DNA of 60,544 bases, filler included. It is 4 parts of 4 records of this genome, joined end to end, with 100 filler letters (N's around TTAATTAATTAA, not from the genome) between each part and the next. Parts side by side here need not be neighbours in the genome. Positions count along the whole stretch, not along the records: positions 1 to 19,466 come from DRR723986_9109; positions 19,567 to 43,380 come from DRR723986_9122; 2 more parts are not named here. The stretch is one strand, 5' to 3'. Position numbers and translations under genes: made by a program. The notes under the pieces are model-generated. The model saw only the letters and a program-made list of their open reading frames with translations. It was not told where the DNA came from and did no database searches. This document shows, piece by piece, positions 18,643 through 28,694 of the stretch (within the stretch, counting starts at the first letter, position 1; the number at the start of each line of letters is the position of its first letter).

Positions 18643-19131
18643 ATGGCGCTTTCAATTGGCGACCCCGCACCGAACTTTTCTCTGATCAGCAAAACCGCAA
18701 AAGGCATCGAGTCCGTCTCCCTGGCAGACCAACGCGGCTCCAACGTCGTGTTGTTGTTCGTTCCCCTGGCATTTACCGGCGTGTGTACCGACGAGTTTTG
18801 CAGCGTCAGCCAGGGCCTGGACGAATATAAATCACTTAACGCCAAGGTCTTTGGCATTAGCGTTGATAGTCCGTTTGCGCAGGAAGCGTGGGCCAAGCAG
18901 AATGACATCTCAATTCCGCTGCTCTCCGACTTTAACCGCACGGCATCGGCCGAGTACGGCGCCAGCTATCCCAACTTTGTTCCTGGTACATTGGACATGC
19001 AAGGCGTAGCCAAACGTTCCGCTTTTGTCATCGATGCCGAAGGTGTTGTCCGCCACTCAGAAATTCTGGAAGATGCCGGCCAAATGCCAAACTTTAACGC
19101 GGTCAAGGACGTGCTCAAAACACTCTCCTAA
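18643..19131 (+). CDS. Peroxiredoxin (AhpE/AhpC-TSA type)
   Basis: GDPAPNFSL, PLAFTGVC (PxxxTxxC), GISVDS, AKRSAFVID; AGGA RBS before ATG 18643. Confidence 0.92.
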   Translation: MALSIGDPAPNFSLISKTAKGIESVSLADQRGSNVVLLFVPLAFTGVCTDEFCSVSQGLDEYKSLNAKVFGISVDSPFAQEAWAKQNDISIPLLSDFNRTASAEYGASYPNFVPGTLDMQGVAKRSAFVIDAEGVVRHSEILEDAGQMPNFNAVKDVLKTLS

Positions 19132-19153
19132 ACTTGCTGTTTAACAGTTATTG

Positions 19154-19193
19154 CAACAGGCGTTCTGCTCAGCGGAAGGCCTGTTGTGCTTTT
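19154..19193 (+). terminator. Probable intrinsic terminator after the peroxiredoxin gene
   Basis: CAACAGGC/GCCTGTTG outer stem with inner TTCTGCT/AGCGGAA pairing, followed by a short T run. Confidence 0.5.
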
Positions 19194-19466
19194 AAAGGCA
19201 TATTTGTCTGTGTTGTTTTAGAGGTTAACTCTTGTGTTTGTTTAATGGTGTCTGTGCTGTCTGAAATGTGAGTTTACGGATGGTGGATAAAAGGCATCGC
19301 TGCGCCACACCTGCGGTATGCGGCTGGCTTTTTCTTCTTGTTAGTTTTTGGGTTTGTGGCTGGGAGTTGTGAATTGTGGCTTGAATGTTATCTGAAATGG
19401 AGCTGGATTCGAGCCAAAATCACGCAAAAAAAACGCCAAAACCACCGGGTCCAGCCCTAAGGGCTC

Positions 19467-19566
19467 NNNNNNNNNNNNNNNNNNNNNNNNNNNNNNNNNN
19501 NNNNNNNNNNTTAATTAATTAANNNNNNNNNNNNNNNNNNNNNNNNNNNNNNNNNNNNNNNNNNNN
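19467..19566. other. Artificial contig spacer
   Basis: 44 N + TTAATTAATTAA (stops in all frames) + 44 N. Confidence 0.99.
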
Positions 19567-20388
19567 GGCGCCCTTGTTGCCGCGCTCTTCCTTGACCACC
19601 TGCACCAGAATGATCTGGCGACGCTTGATGACTTCCTGAATCTTGTACTGCTTGCGCAGCGGGATAATGCGCTCAGGAACTTCTTCCATCGCATCTTCCG
19701 CGCCGACGGATTCGACGGCATCGACATCATTGTCGGCATCATCGTCATCGTCGTTCTGGCGCTGGCGGCGACGGCCGCGCCCGCGGCCACGCGAGCGAAC
19801 CGGAGCCTCTTCTTCTTCGTCCGCTTCTTCCTCGGAAGAGGATGCTTCGTCGTCATCTTCGTCGGAGGCGTCTTCGTCCGTGCTGCGCGCGGATACGGCT
19901 TCGCCATCCGTTTCGTCGGCTGAAGTCTCTTCGGAAACTGCGTCAGGCTCTTCCGTGGCTTTTACGGCCTCTTCGTCGCCTTCTGCGGTATCCGCCTCAA
20001 CCTTGTCGCTGGCAACGGTTTCAGCAGCTTCGTTTCGTGCTGCACGGGAGCGGCGGCGGCGCTTTGGTTTTTCTTCACCGTCCGAATCATCACGCTGTCT
20101 GTCGGCTGCTTCCGCAGCCAGAAGTGCTTCCCGGTCGGCAACGGGGATCTGATAGTAGTCAGGGTGAATTTCGCTGAAAGCGAGGAACCCGTGGCGATTT
20201 CCGCCATATTCGACGAATGCGGCCTGCAGGGACGGTTCGACCCGGGTTACCTTGGCAAGATATATGTTTCCGCGCAGTTGCTTCCGATTAGCTGCTTCAA
20301 AGTCGAATTCTTCAACCCGATTGCCACGCACGACGACGACCCGGGTCTCTTCCGGGTGGCCCGCGTCGATCAGCATTTTGTTTGCCAT
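19567..20388 (-). CDS. rne: Ribonuclease E, 5' part (truncated by contig end)
   Basis: MANKMLIDAGHPEETRVVV, GNIYLAKVTRVEPSLQAAFV, acidic S1 insertion, QVVKEERGNKGA. Confidence 0.96.
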
Positions 20389-21076
20389 TATTGAACTTCT
20401 CCACGGCAGCACTCATGGGCGCATGTGCGAAACGCGCATCGCGCAGCAGGAGGATGTCTGCCGTATTTGTTTTGCTAAGATGAGAAAGAGCGTCTGCGCC
20501 CGGCGCGGTCGTATGATCAACGCAGGCAGCCGCTGAAGCGGTACCTTGCTGTATGTTGATCACCATGTGCATCGCGCGGGTCCTTCAGGCAACGCAGGCC
20601 CTTTAGTTAAGTCGTTGTACCTTCTGCCGGTATGCAGCCTGGCTTCGCCAATGGGCCTGCATCCGGTTCCGGAATGGGTCCGCTCCTAACGGCCGCCGAA
20701 AACCTCGCCGGGGAAACTGCCGTTTTGTAAGGGCAACACGTCGCGAGGCGGGGCGGTCTCAAAGAGGTGCCGATACCAGATCCACTGTCTTCCAGGGCTT
20801 GTCTTTAAGCGGCAGAACGGCCTCTGTTCTGTCGTTAGAAGGCCTGGGAATGCGATAGCGTTGTGGATAGACACCCATGTCAGCTATCTGGAAAGGTATC
20901 GGTTTCAAACCGAAATCCGTAAGGTACTTTTACGTTCCGTCGCAGCGCATTGCAAGCAATGTGAATTGGATATGGCATTTTCCTTGCGTGGCGGATGGCG
21001 TATGACAGGGCTGACGGGGGCTCAACACGCGAAGTTTTCGAGCGACATGGCCGAAATAATTGAGTTCAAGGACAGA

Positions 21077-22354
21077 ATGAAACCGCAAGTAGACCAGGGA
21101 CCGGGCGCTGTTTTGAGACTGGCGACGTCTTTCGCAGTGGTTTTGAGCCTCTGCGTTGCTGCGATTGCCGGCCTGACTTGCGCCGCATCTGCCGAACCGG
21201 AAAAGGCCCGGGTCACCGGAGCGCGCGTGGCGGGAGACGAGGCGCGCACGCGATTCGTCCTTGATATGAACCGTCAGGTAACACCGACCATCTCCGGCCT
21301 TGCCAACCCGGCCCGGCTGATCATTGACCTTCCCGAAGTGACATTTTCGCTGCCGGCCGATTCTGGCGAGAGCGGGCGAGGGCTTGTCACCGACTGGCGC
21401 TTCGGCCTCTTTGCGGTTGGAAGATCCCGTGTGGTGATGGACCTGACGGGACCGGTGAAGGTCGACAAGACATTTTTCCTGCCGGCTGTCGATGACCAGC
21501 CTGCGCGGCTTGTTGTGGACCTTGTCAGCGCGACAGCCGACGAATTCGACACCTTTGTCGAGACCTCAAGGCCCAAGCGCGTCGTCGCCGGGAGTGATTC
21601 CGCACCGAAAAGTGACCGGTTGACCGCTCCCAAGAACAGGGACAAGCCGCTGATCGTCCTTGATCCGGGGCATGGCGGTATCGACACCGGGGCGACAGGT
21701 GTCCACGGAACTCTCGAAAAGGCGATCGTTCTCGACTTCGCCCAGCTTCTCAAGGAAAAGCTGGACGAAAGCGGGCTCTACAACGTTCAGCTTACCCGGG
21801 ATGATGACACATTCATTCCGTTGGGGCGCCGAGTTGAAATCGGTCATGAACTCGAAGCCGACCTCTTCATCTCCATTCACGCCGATTCTGTCCGGCGCGG
21901 GCAGAAATTGGCGCGTGGCGCGACCGTCTACACAATTTCAGACAGGGCGTCGGACCAACTGGCCGAAGATCTGGCCCAATCGGAAAACATGTCGGACGTC
22001 ATCGCCGGTGTGGATCTGGCGGAAGAGCCAACAGAGGTGACAGATATCCTGATCGATCTTGCTCGACGCGAAACGAGATCGTTTTCGGTCTATTTCGCCC
22101 GGTCGCTGGTGGACGAACTCAAAAGCGCAGTCCGGCTGATCAATAACCCGCATCGTTCTGCGGGTTTCCGGGTGTTGAAGGCGCATGATGTGCCCTCGGT
22201 GCTGGTCGAGCTCGGCTATCTCTCCAACGAACATGACGAGAAGCTTCTGATTTCCGACGAATGGCGTGAACGCATGGCGAATGCCATGACCGAAGCTGTT
22301 CATGGATTTTTCCGGCCGCGGCTTGCGCGGCAGCAAGCAGCACCGTCACAGTAA
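21077..22354 (+). CDS. amiC: N-acetylmuramoyl-L-alanine amidase (AMIN + Amidase_3)
   Basis: LDPGHGGIDTGA, FISIHAD, VPSVLVELGYLSN; start uncertain (ATG 21077 has an AAGGA RBS). Confidence 0.92.
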   Translation: MKPQVDQGPGAVLRLATSFAVVLSLCVAAIAGLTCAASAEPEKARVTGARVAGDEARTRFVLDMNRQVTPTISGLANPARLIIDLPEVTFSLPADSGESGRGLVTDWRFGLFAVGRSRVVMDLTGPVKVDKTFFLPAVDDQPARLVVDLVSATADEFDTFVETSRPKRVVAGSDSAPKSDRLTAPKNRDKPLIVLDPGHGGIDTGATGVHGTLEKAIVLDFAQLLKEKLDESGLYNVQLTRDDDTFIPLGRRVEIGHELEADLFISIHADSVRRGQKLARGATVYTISDRASDQLAEDLAQSENMSDVIAGVDLAEEPTEVTDILIDLARRETRSFSVYFARSLVDELKSAVRLINNPHRSAGFRVLKAHDVPSVLVELGYLSNEHDEKLLISDEWRERMANAMTEAVHGFFRPRLARQQAAPSQ

Positions 22355-22533
22355 AAATCCTTGCATTGCTTTCAAAATGGCAGGTTAGCACTGGCGATTG
22401 CCTCAGCATCGCCATATTGGTGCACGAGGAAGGCAGACAAGTTTGTGCGACTGTCGGCATCGGTGATGCTGAGCAAATGTTTCCGTGTTAAAAAGCTGGA
22501 AGCGCTAAGAACGGGGAAAGACGAGCCCGCGGT

Positions 22534-25014
22534 ATGAAATTTTTGGTGAAGTTTTTTGGCTACCTGTTCGGAATCGGCGCGATCTTTGCGCTGCTGATTG
22601 CCGCCGGGGTCTGGATGTACCTGCAGGACCTGACGAAGGATCTGCCGGATTATACGGCCCTGAAGAACTATGAGCCACCGGTCATGACGCGTGTGCATGC
22701 CGCGGACGGTAGTCTTATGGCCGAATACGCGACTCAAAGGCGCATGTTCCTCCCGATCCAGGCAATCCCGGATCGCGTCAAGCAGGCGTTTGTCGCAGCC
22801 GAAGACAAGAATTTCTACACCCACATCGGTGTTGACCCGGAAGGCATTGCCCGTGCGGCGGTGCGTTTCATCCAGAACTATGGGTCCGGCCGTCGTCCGG
22901 AAGGTGCTTCGACCATCACGCAGCAGGTCGCAAAGAACTTCCTCTTGTCAGATCTCGTGAGCGAAGAGCGTGAACGCCGTTCCGCCGCGTACGAGCGAAA
23001 GGTAAAGGAAGCGGTTCTTTCCCTGCGCATCGAGCAGGCCTACACCAAGGACGAAATTCTCGAGCTTTATCTCAACGAGATCTATTTCGGCTTCGGGGCC
23101 TACGGCGTCGCAGCCGCTTCGCTGATCTATTTCGACAAGTCGGTTCACGAACTGTCGCTTGAAGAAATCGCCTATATGGCAGCGCTGCCGAAAGGTCCGA
23201 GCAACTATCATCCTTACAGGAAGACAGAGGCCGCCATTGCGCGCCGCAACTACGTGATCGATCGTATGATCGCAGATGGTTACGTAAGCGCCCAGGACGG
23301 CGAGGAAGCCAAACAGAAACCGATTGTCGTCAAGCCGCGTGAAACCGGATCTCGCCTGTTTGCCGCCGAGTACTTCACTGAAGAAGTCCGCCGCGAAGTG
23401 GCCGACATCTTCGGCGACAAGCGCCTGTACGAAGGCGGGCTTTCGGTGCGGTCGACGCTTGACCCAGAAATGCAGAAACTGGCCCGCAAGTCGTTGATGG
23501 ACGGCTTGATTGCCTTCGACCACCAACGCGGCAGCTGGAATGGCCCTGTCGACAAGATCACCCTTGGTGCCGACTGGGGCATCGATCTGGCCAAGGTGGA
23601 AGCCCTGAGCGATCTGCCGGAGTGGAAGCTCGCAGTGGTTCTGGAAGCCGGCGGCGAAGAGGCCAAGATTGGCGTTCAGCCGGAACGGCAGGTCAGTGGC
23701 CAGCTTTCCGATGAACGCAAGACCGGCCCGATGTTCCTGAGCACCATGAAATGGGCTCGGGTCAAGGGCAGGGCACCGAGCGCCGTTTCCGATGTGCTGA
23801 CGCCTGGCGATGTTGTTTATGTTCAGGAAAGCCCGGTTGCGCCGGGAACCTATGAACTTCGTCAGATCCCGAAGGTGTCGGGCGCTCTGGTGGCGATGGA
23901 TCCCTATACCGGCCGTGTCCTTGCACTTGTCGGTGGTTTCAGCTTTGCACAGAGTGAATTCAACCGTGCAACGCAGGCCTACCGGCAGCCAGGATCGTCC
24001 TTCAAGCCGTTCCTTTACGCTGCCGCTCTCGACAACGGTTACACGCCGTCTTCCGTGATCATGGACGCGCCTCTGGAAATCAGCCAGGGCCCGGGTCTCG
24101 GCACATGGCGCCCGCAGAACTACGGCGGCAAATTCTACGGTCCGTCGACCCTGCGCACAGGCATCGAGCTGTCACGAAACGTCATGACCGTTCGGCTCGC
24201 TCAGGACATGGGCATGCCGCTGGTCGCAGAATATGCGAAGCGTTTCGGCATCTACGACAACATGCTTCCGGTTCTGTCCATGTCACTTGGTGCGGGGGAA
24301 ACCACCGTGCTGCGGCTGACCACCGCTTATGCGACCATCGCAAATGGCGGCAGGAAAGTTCGACCGACCCTGATCGACCGTATTCAGGACCGTTACGGCC
24401 GTACCATCTACAAGCATGACAGCCGTATCTGTGACGGCTGTACGCAGGATGTGTGGGAAGGCCAGGACGAACCGACCCTGATCGACGACCGCGAGCAGGT
24501 ACTCGACCCGATGACTGCCTATCAGATCACATCGATGATGGAAGGCGTGGTTCAGCGCGGTACGGCAACGTCCGTTCGTGCGGTTGGTCGTCCGGTCGCC
24601 GGCAAGACAGGTACCACCAACGACGAAAAAGACGCCTGGTTCATGGGCTTTACGCCGGATCTTGCGGTTGGCGTGTTTGTGGGCTTCGACAATCCGAAAC
24701 CGATGGGCCGTGGGGCAACCGGCGGTCAGGTGGCGGCGCCGATCTTCACCGAGTTCGTCAAGACTGCTCTGGCCGACAAGCCGCCGGTGGAATTCCGTGT
24801 ACCCAAGGGTCTTCAGCTGATCCCGATCAACCGCCGCACCGGTCTTAGAACCGCTGCCGGTGATCCGGGTTCGATCCTTGAAGCCTTCAAGCCGGGTATG
24901 GCCCCGCCGGACAGTTACTCCGTCATCGGGTTCCAGGACACCATGGGAGTTCCGACTGCAGTTTCTCCGGAAGCGCAGCAGGCCGTTACGGTCGGCACAG
25001 GCGGTCTTTACTGA
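22534..25014 (+). CDS. mrcA: Penicillin-binding protein 1A
   Basis: AAEDKNFY and GASTITQQVAKN transglycosylase motifs; SSFK, SRN and KTG transpeptidase motifs. Confidence 0.96.
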   Translation: MKFLVKFFGYLFGIGAIFALLIAAGVWMYLQDLTKDLPDYTALKNYEPPVMTRVHAADGSLMAEYATQRRMFLPIQAIPDRVKQAFVAAEDKNFYTHIGVDPEGIARAAVRFIQNYGSGRRPEGASTITQQVAKNFLLSDLVSEERERRSAAYERKVKEAVLSLRIEQAYTKDEILELYLNEIYFGFGAYGVAAASLIYFDKSVHELSLEEIAYMAALPKGPSNYHPYRKTEAAIARRNYVIDRMIADGYVSAQDGEEAKQKPIVVKPRETGSRLFAAEYFTEEVRREVADIFGDKRLYEGGLSVRSTLDPEMQKLARKSLMDGLIAFDHQRGSWNGPVDKITLGADWGIDLAKVEALSDLPEWKLAVVLEAGGEEAKIGVQPERQVSGQLSDERKTGPMFLSTMKWARVKGRAPSAVSDVLTPGDVVYVQESPVAPGTYELRQIPKVSGALVAMDPYTGRVLALVGGFSFAQSEFNRATQAYRQPGSSFKPFLYAAALDNGYTPSSVIMDAPLEISQGPGLGTWRPQNYGGKFYGPSTLRTGIELSRNVMTVRLAQDMGMPLVAEYAKRFGIYDNMLPVLSMSLGAGETTVLRLTTAYATIANGGRKVRPTLIDRIQDRYGRTIYKHDSRICDGCTQDVWEGQDEPTLIDDREQVLDPMTAYQITSMMEGVVQRGTATSVRAVGRPVAGKTGTTNDEKDAWFMGFTPDLAVGVFVGFDNPKPMGRGATGGQVAAPIFTEFVKTALADKPPVEFRVPKGLQLIPINRRTGLRTAAGDPGSILEAFKPGMAPPDSYSVIGFQDTMGVPTAVSPEAQQAVTVGTGGLY

Positions 25015-25074
25015 CCCGCCTGGCCTAGCAGGGGCTGACTGACTGTCGGGTCATCGCGAGATCCTTTTCGACGG

Positions 25075-25103
25075 TTTACAGCGAAGTCCTGCTTGGGTAA
25101 TGT
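25075..25103 (+). promoter_or_regulatory. Candidate sigma70 promoter for prfB
   Basis: TTTACA-N17-TAATGT, 72 nt upstream of the prfB ATG. Confidence 0.5.
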
Positions 25104-25174
25104 CCCGCTCCAATTCTCGGCCCGGTGCCTCTTGCAGGAGACCGGGCCGCTTCACATCAAAAGCGAGGTATCCG

Positions 25175-26306
25175 ATGCGCGCCGAAATGGAAGCGATCGT
25201 CGATGAAATCAAGCAGGCCATAAGCCTGCTGAGGAGGCATCTTTGACTGGGATCAGGCCGTCGTCCGACTGGAAGAGCTGAACGCTCTTTCCGAAGATCC
25301 GAACCTCTGGAACGAGCCGTCCAAGGCCCAGAAGCTGATGCGCGAGCGTCAGCAGCTTGATGACAGCATTGGTGGCATCAAGTCGCTGGAGCAGGACCTT
25401 TCCGACAATATCGAACTGATCGAACTCGGCGAGATGGAAGACGACAAGTCCGTCATTACCGATGCCGAGGAAGCGCTTCGTGGTCTCAAGGGCAAGGTCA
25501 ACCAGCTGCAGCTCAATTCGCTGCTGTCCGGTGAGGCCGATGCGAACGACACGTACCTGGAAATCAACTCCGGTGCCGGTGGCACCGAGAGCCAGGACTG
25601 GGCGTCCATGTTGCTTCGCATGTACCGCCGGTGGGCGGAAAAGCGAGGCTTCAAGGTCGAAGTGCTGGAATATCATGACGGTGAAGAAGCGGGTATCAAG
25701 TCTGCGACCTTGCTGATCAAGGGCGAGAATGCCTATGGCTGGCTGAAGACCGAATCGGGCGTGCATCGCCTCGTACGGATTTCGCCCTATGACAGCAACG
25801 CCCGCCGCCACACCAGCTTCTCCAGTGCCTGGGTCTATCCGGTGATTGACGATTCCATCGAGATCGACATCAACGAGAGTGATTGCCGCATTGATACCTA
25901 CCGCGCCTCCGGTGCAGGTGGTCAGCACGTCAACACGACCGATTCCGCCGTGCGTATCACGCACCAGCCAACCGGTATCGTGGTGCAGTGTCAGTCCGAG
26001 CGCTCACAGCACAAGAACCGGGCAACTGCCTGGTCGATGCTGAAGGCCCGCCTTTACGAAGCAGAGTTGAAGAAGCGCGAAGAAGCGGCCAGCGCCGAAG
26101 CTGCCTCGAAAACCGACATCGGCTGGGGGCACCAGATCCGCTCTTACGTGCTTCAGCCCTATCAGTTGGTCAAGGACCTGCGCACGGGCGTTGAGAGCAC
26201 GTCTCCGGGCGATGTTCTCGATGGCGATCTGGATGAATTCATGGAAGCTGCGCTTGCACAGCGCGTCTTTGGTGGAGATCCGGTCGAAGTCGCCGATATC
26301 GACTAA
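25175..26306 (+). CDS. prfB: Peptide chain release factor 2, with programmed +1 frameshift at 25241-25247
   Basis: Short [26 protein letters not shown] ends in CTT-TGA-C, preceded by internal SD AGGAGG; the +1 frame continues into the RF2 body (ISPY, GGQ). Confidence 0.97.
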
Positions 26307-26328
26307 AGGCACATTGGAAAATACAAAT

Positions 26329-26358
26329 GAAAGCGGGGCCATTCGGCCCCGTTTTTTT
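26329..26358 (+). terminator. Intrinsic terminator after prfB (probably bidirectional)
   Basis: GCGGGGCC-ATTC-GGCCCCGT followed by a T run. Confidence 0.85.
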
Positions 26359-26378
26359 GTTTCCGCCTTGCTCACCCT

Positions 26379-27737
26379 TCAAAGGTCGAGTGCCGAGAAG
26401 CGATCACCTGCCGCCAGGAAAGCTGCCGGATTGCCGGGCTTGTCATGCCGGCGGATCTCGTAGTGGAGATGTGGACCTGTGGAGCGACCGGTGGAGCCGA
26501 CATTGCCGACGAGATCGCCCGCCAGAACATGGTCGCCTTCCGATACCTGGATGCGGCTCATATGAGCATAGCGGGTGACGAACCCGTTCGCATGACGGAT
26601 CTCCACCATCTTGCCGTAGCCACCATTACGTCCCGCACTGATTACTGTGCCGGGTGCCGTTGCGAATACGCGTGCGCCGTAAGGGGCCTTGAAATCGATG
26701 CCGGTGTGCATGGCCAGCCGGCCCAGGAACGGATCAACCCGGGGACCGTAGGTGCTTGACACGGAGCCGTTCCGGACGGGCCGTTTGATCGGCAGACGCA
26801 GTGCGGTAAATTTCACGCGTCGCAGTGTGTCCAGGGCTGTGTTTGCACGGTCCAGGCGGTCTGGAAAGTTCTCGTCGTTGATCGGCTGGAACGGACCGCC
26901 AAGGGAGGTCTTTTCACGTAGTGTGGCGTTGAGCCCGGGCGTAATTGAGCGCGTGATGCGGAGGATGTCCTCAATACGGCCTTCCGTCGCGATGGTGATC
27001 GCATCGACGGCCGCCGTGCTTTCTTCGTCCATCATGGAGATGTCGGCCTTTACCGCGTCGAGGGCAGCCTGTTTCTCAGAGTTTTTTTTTACGTCGGCAC
27101 CCGGCGTTGCGGTATCGGTTGCCGGCTGCTGCAGAATAGCCAGTGGATCGAAGGATCTTGTGGAACCATCGCGCAATCCCAATGCCTTTACCGGTTCCTC
27201 GATCAACTCGCTTTCGCCGCCGATTGCAGATTTGTCGCTACCATCCAGGGAAGCGAGGTTGCGCTCGTCGAGCGAAGGTTTCTCCGGGGGCAGGGGCTTG
27301 TCGTTGCTGAGGTAGATACCGACGCTTTCTGCCCTGGCAACCAGGTCGGCCACGATGGCATGGCGCTGATTGAGGTCCTGCTGCCGGCGCAGAACGTCCA
27401 TTACCTGGATCTCGACGGTTTCCCTGTCGACCATCTGGCGGCTCGTCAGATTTGCAATCTCGGTACGCAGGCGGTCGATGTGGTCCTGATACTCCAGCAC
27501 CAGCTCTGTTCTTTCAGCGCTGGCCTCGGCCATCATGTCACTGCGCAGGGCGTAGTAGCCAATTGTGCCTGCAACCGCCAAGGTTGCCGTCACGCAGCCG
27601 ATTGCACCGCAAATAAGATGAACCGGCCTTACACTGTACGTGGTCGTCTTCTCGCCCTTTTCCAGAACCGGATGATGTGGCTCTGTCCGGGGGGCTTGAT
27701 AGGTCCGCGTCGATTCTTGGCGCTGTTGCATTGTCAC
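26379..27737 (-). CDS. M23 family metallopeptidase with N-terminal TM and coiled coil
   Basis: HTGIDF, YAHM, STGRSTGPHLHYE. Confidence 0.93.
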   Translation of the reverse strand: MTMQQRQESTRTYQAPRTEPHHPVLEKGEKTTTYSVRPVHLICGAIGCVTATLAVAGTIGYYALRSDMMAEASAERTELVLEYQDHIDRLRTEIANLTSRQMVDRETVEIQVMDVLRRQQDLNQRHAIVADLVARAESVGIYLSNDKPLPPEKPSLDERNLASLDGSDKSAIGGESELIEEPVKALGLRDGSTRSFDPLAILQQPATDTATPGADVKKNSEKQAALDAVKADISMMDEESTAAVDAITIATEGRIEDILRITRSITPGLNATLREKTSLGGPFQPINDENFPDRLDRANTALDTLRRVKFTALRLPIKRPVRNGSVSSTYGPRVDPFLGRLAMHTGIDFKAPYGARVFATAPGTVISAGRNGGYGKMVEIRHANGFVTRYAHMSRIQVSEGDHVLAGDLVGNVGSTGRSTGPHLHYEIRRHDKPGNPAAFLAAGDRFSALDL

Positions 27738-27821
27738 TCAGTCACTGCCTGCATTCTGCAAAAGATCTGAGCCTGATTAGAATTTGGTAAGGTTAATAAT
27801 TCGTCTTCACGGCAGTGAAAT

Positions 27822-28694
27822 TTATCCGATGAGAGGCGCAAGAGGCTTGTAAAAACCGGGAGTTAGTCCGGCTTCGGACCGCGCGCGATCGTTGAAGGGA
27901 GGTTTTAACGGACCCCTGAAGTGACGGCGCACGTAGGTGTGGAATGCCGACTCAGGCCTGATTCCCTGCCGGTCACACAGAAACCGGAACCACTTTGCGC
28001 CAAAGGCGACATGGTTTTTCTCGTCCCGATAGATGATGTCGAGACATTTGGCGGTGTCTTCGTCATCGATTTCGCGGGCTTTTTCGATCATCGGTGGCGT
28101 GATGTCGAGGCCTCTTGCCTCGAGTACCAACGGGATGATGGCAAGGCGGGCGGCAAGGTCGTGTCCGGTGTCCTGCGCAGCCTGCCAGAGACCGTCGTGG
28201 GCAGGCAGGTCTCCGTAGGTGGCGTCCAGTTTCGCCAGACGCTCCTGGAGCATGGCAAAATGCTTGGCTTCCTCAAGCCCGACTCGCACCCAGTCGTCAT
28301 AGTAGGACCTGGGCAGCCTGACGTGCGCGAAGCGTCCGATCAGGTCCCATGTCAGGTCCACTGCATTGAGCTCGATGTGTGCCAGGGAGTGAATCAGGGC
28401 AAGGCGGCCCGCATTGCCCTTCAAGCTGCGTTTTGGCATGTCTCGCGGTGCAAGCAGAACAGGTTTTTCCGGCCGGCCCGGCCGATCCGGCATCGCACCA
28501 TCTCTCGAGGGAGATCCGAGAGCGAGTTCACGCTGAAACCAGGCCCTGGAGACAGCATAGGCAAGCCGCACTTTTTCGGCTGTATCGGAAGCGCACACGA
28601 TTGCTCGCGCTCCGGCAACCAGAGTGTGCGGCAAGTTGTCCCTGCCGGTCACCATCCCGGCGCTGCCGGTTGCCGTTTCCAGTGGGGAACTCAC
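27822..28694 (-). CDS. Ferritin-like domain protein (DUF455)
   Basis: HSLAHIELNAVDL, EEAKHF, LEARGLD, DEKNHV diiron-type motifs. Confidence 0.88.
   Translation of the reverse strand: MSSPLETATGSAGMVTGRDNLPHTLVAGARAIVCASDTAEKVRLAYAVSRAWFQRELALGSPSRDGAMPDRPGRPEKPVLLAPRDMPKRSLKGNAGRLALIHSLAHIELNAVDLTWDLIGRFAHVRLPRSYYDDWVRVGLEEAKHFAMLQERLAKLDATYGDLPAHDGLWQAAQDTGHDLAARLAIIPLVLEARGLDITPPMIEKAREIDDEDTAKCLDIIYRDEKNHVAFGAKWFRFLCDRQGIRPESAFHTYVRRHFRGPLKPPFNDRARSEAGLTPGFYKPLAPLIG

Noticed and set aside
19467..19566. TTAATTAATTAA palindrome flanked by N runs, three times in the window
   Set aside because: Identical artificial linker joining contigs; not biological. Gene adjacency across it is meaningless.
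19700..20110. Low-complexity acidic/Arg-rich stretch in rne
   Set aside because: Typical disordered insertion in the S1 domain of alphaproteobacterial RNase E; not an intein or repeat array.
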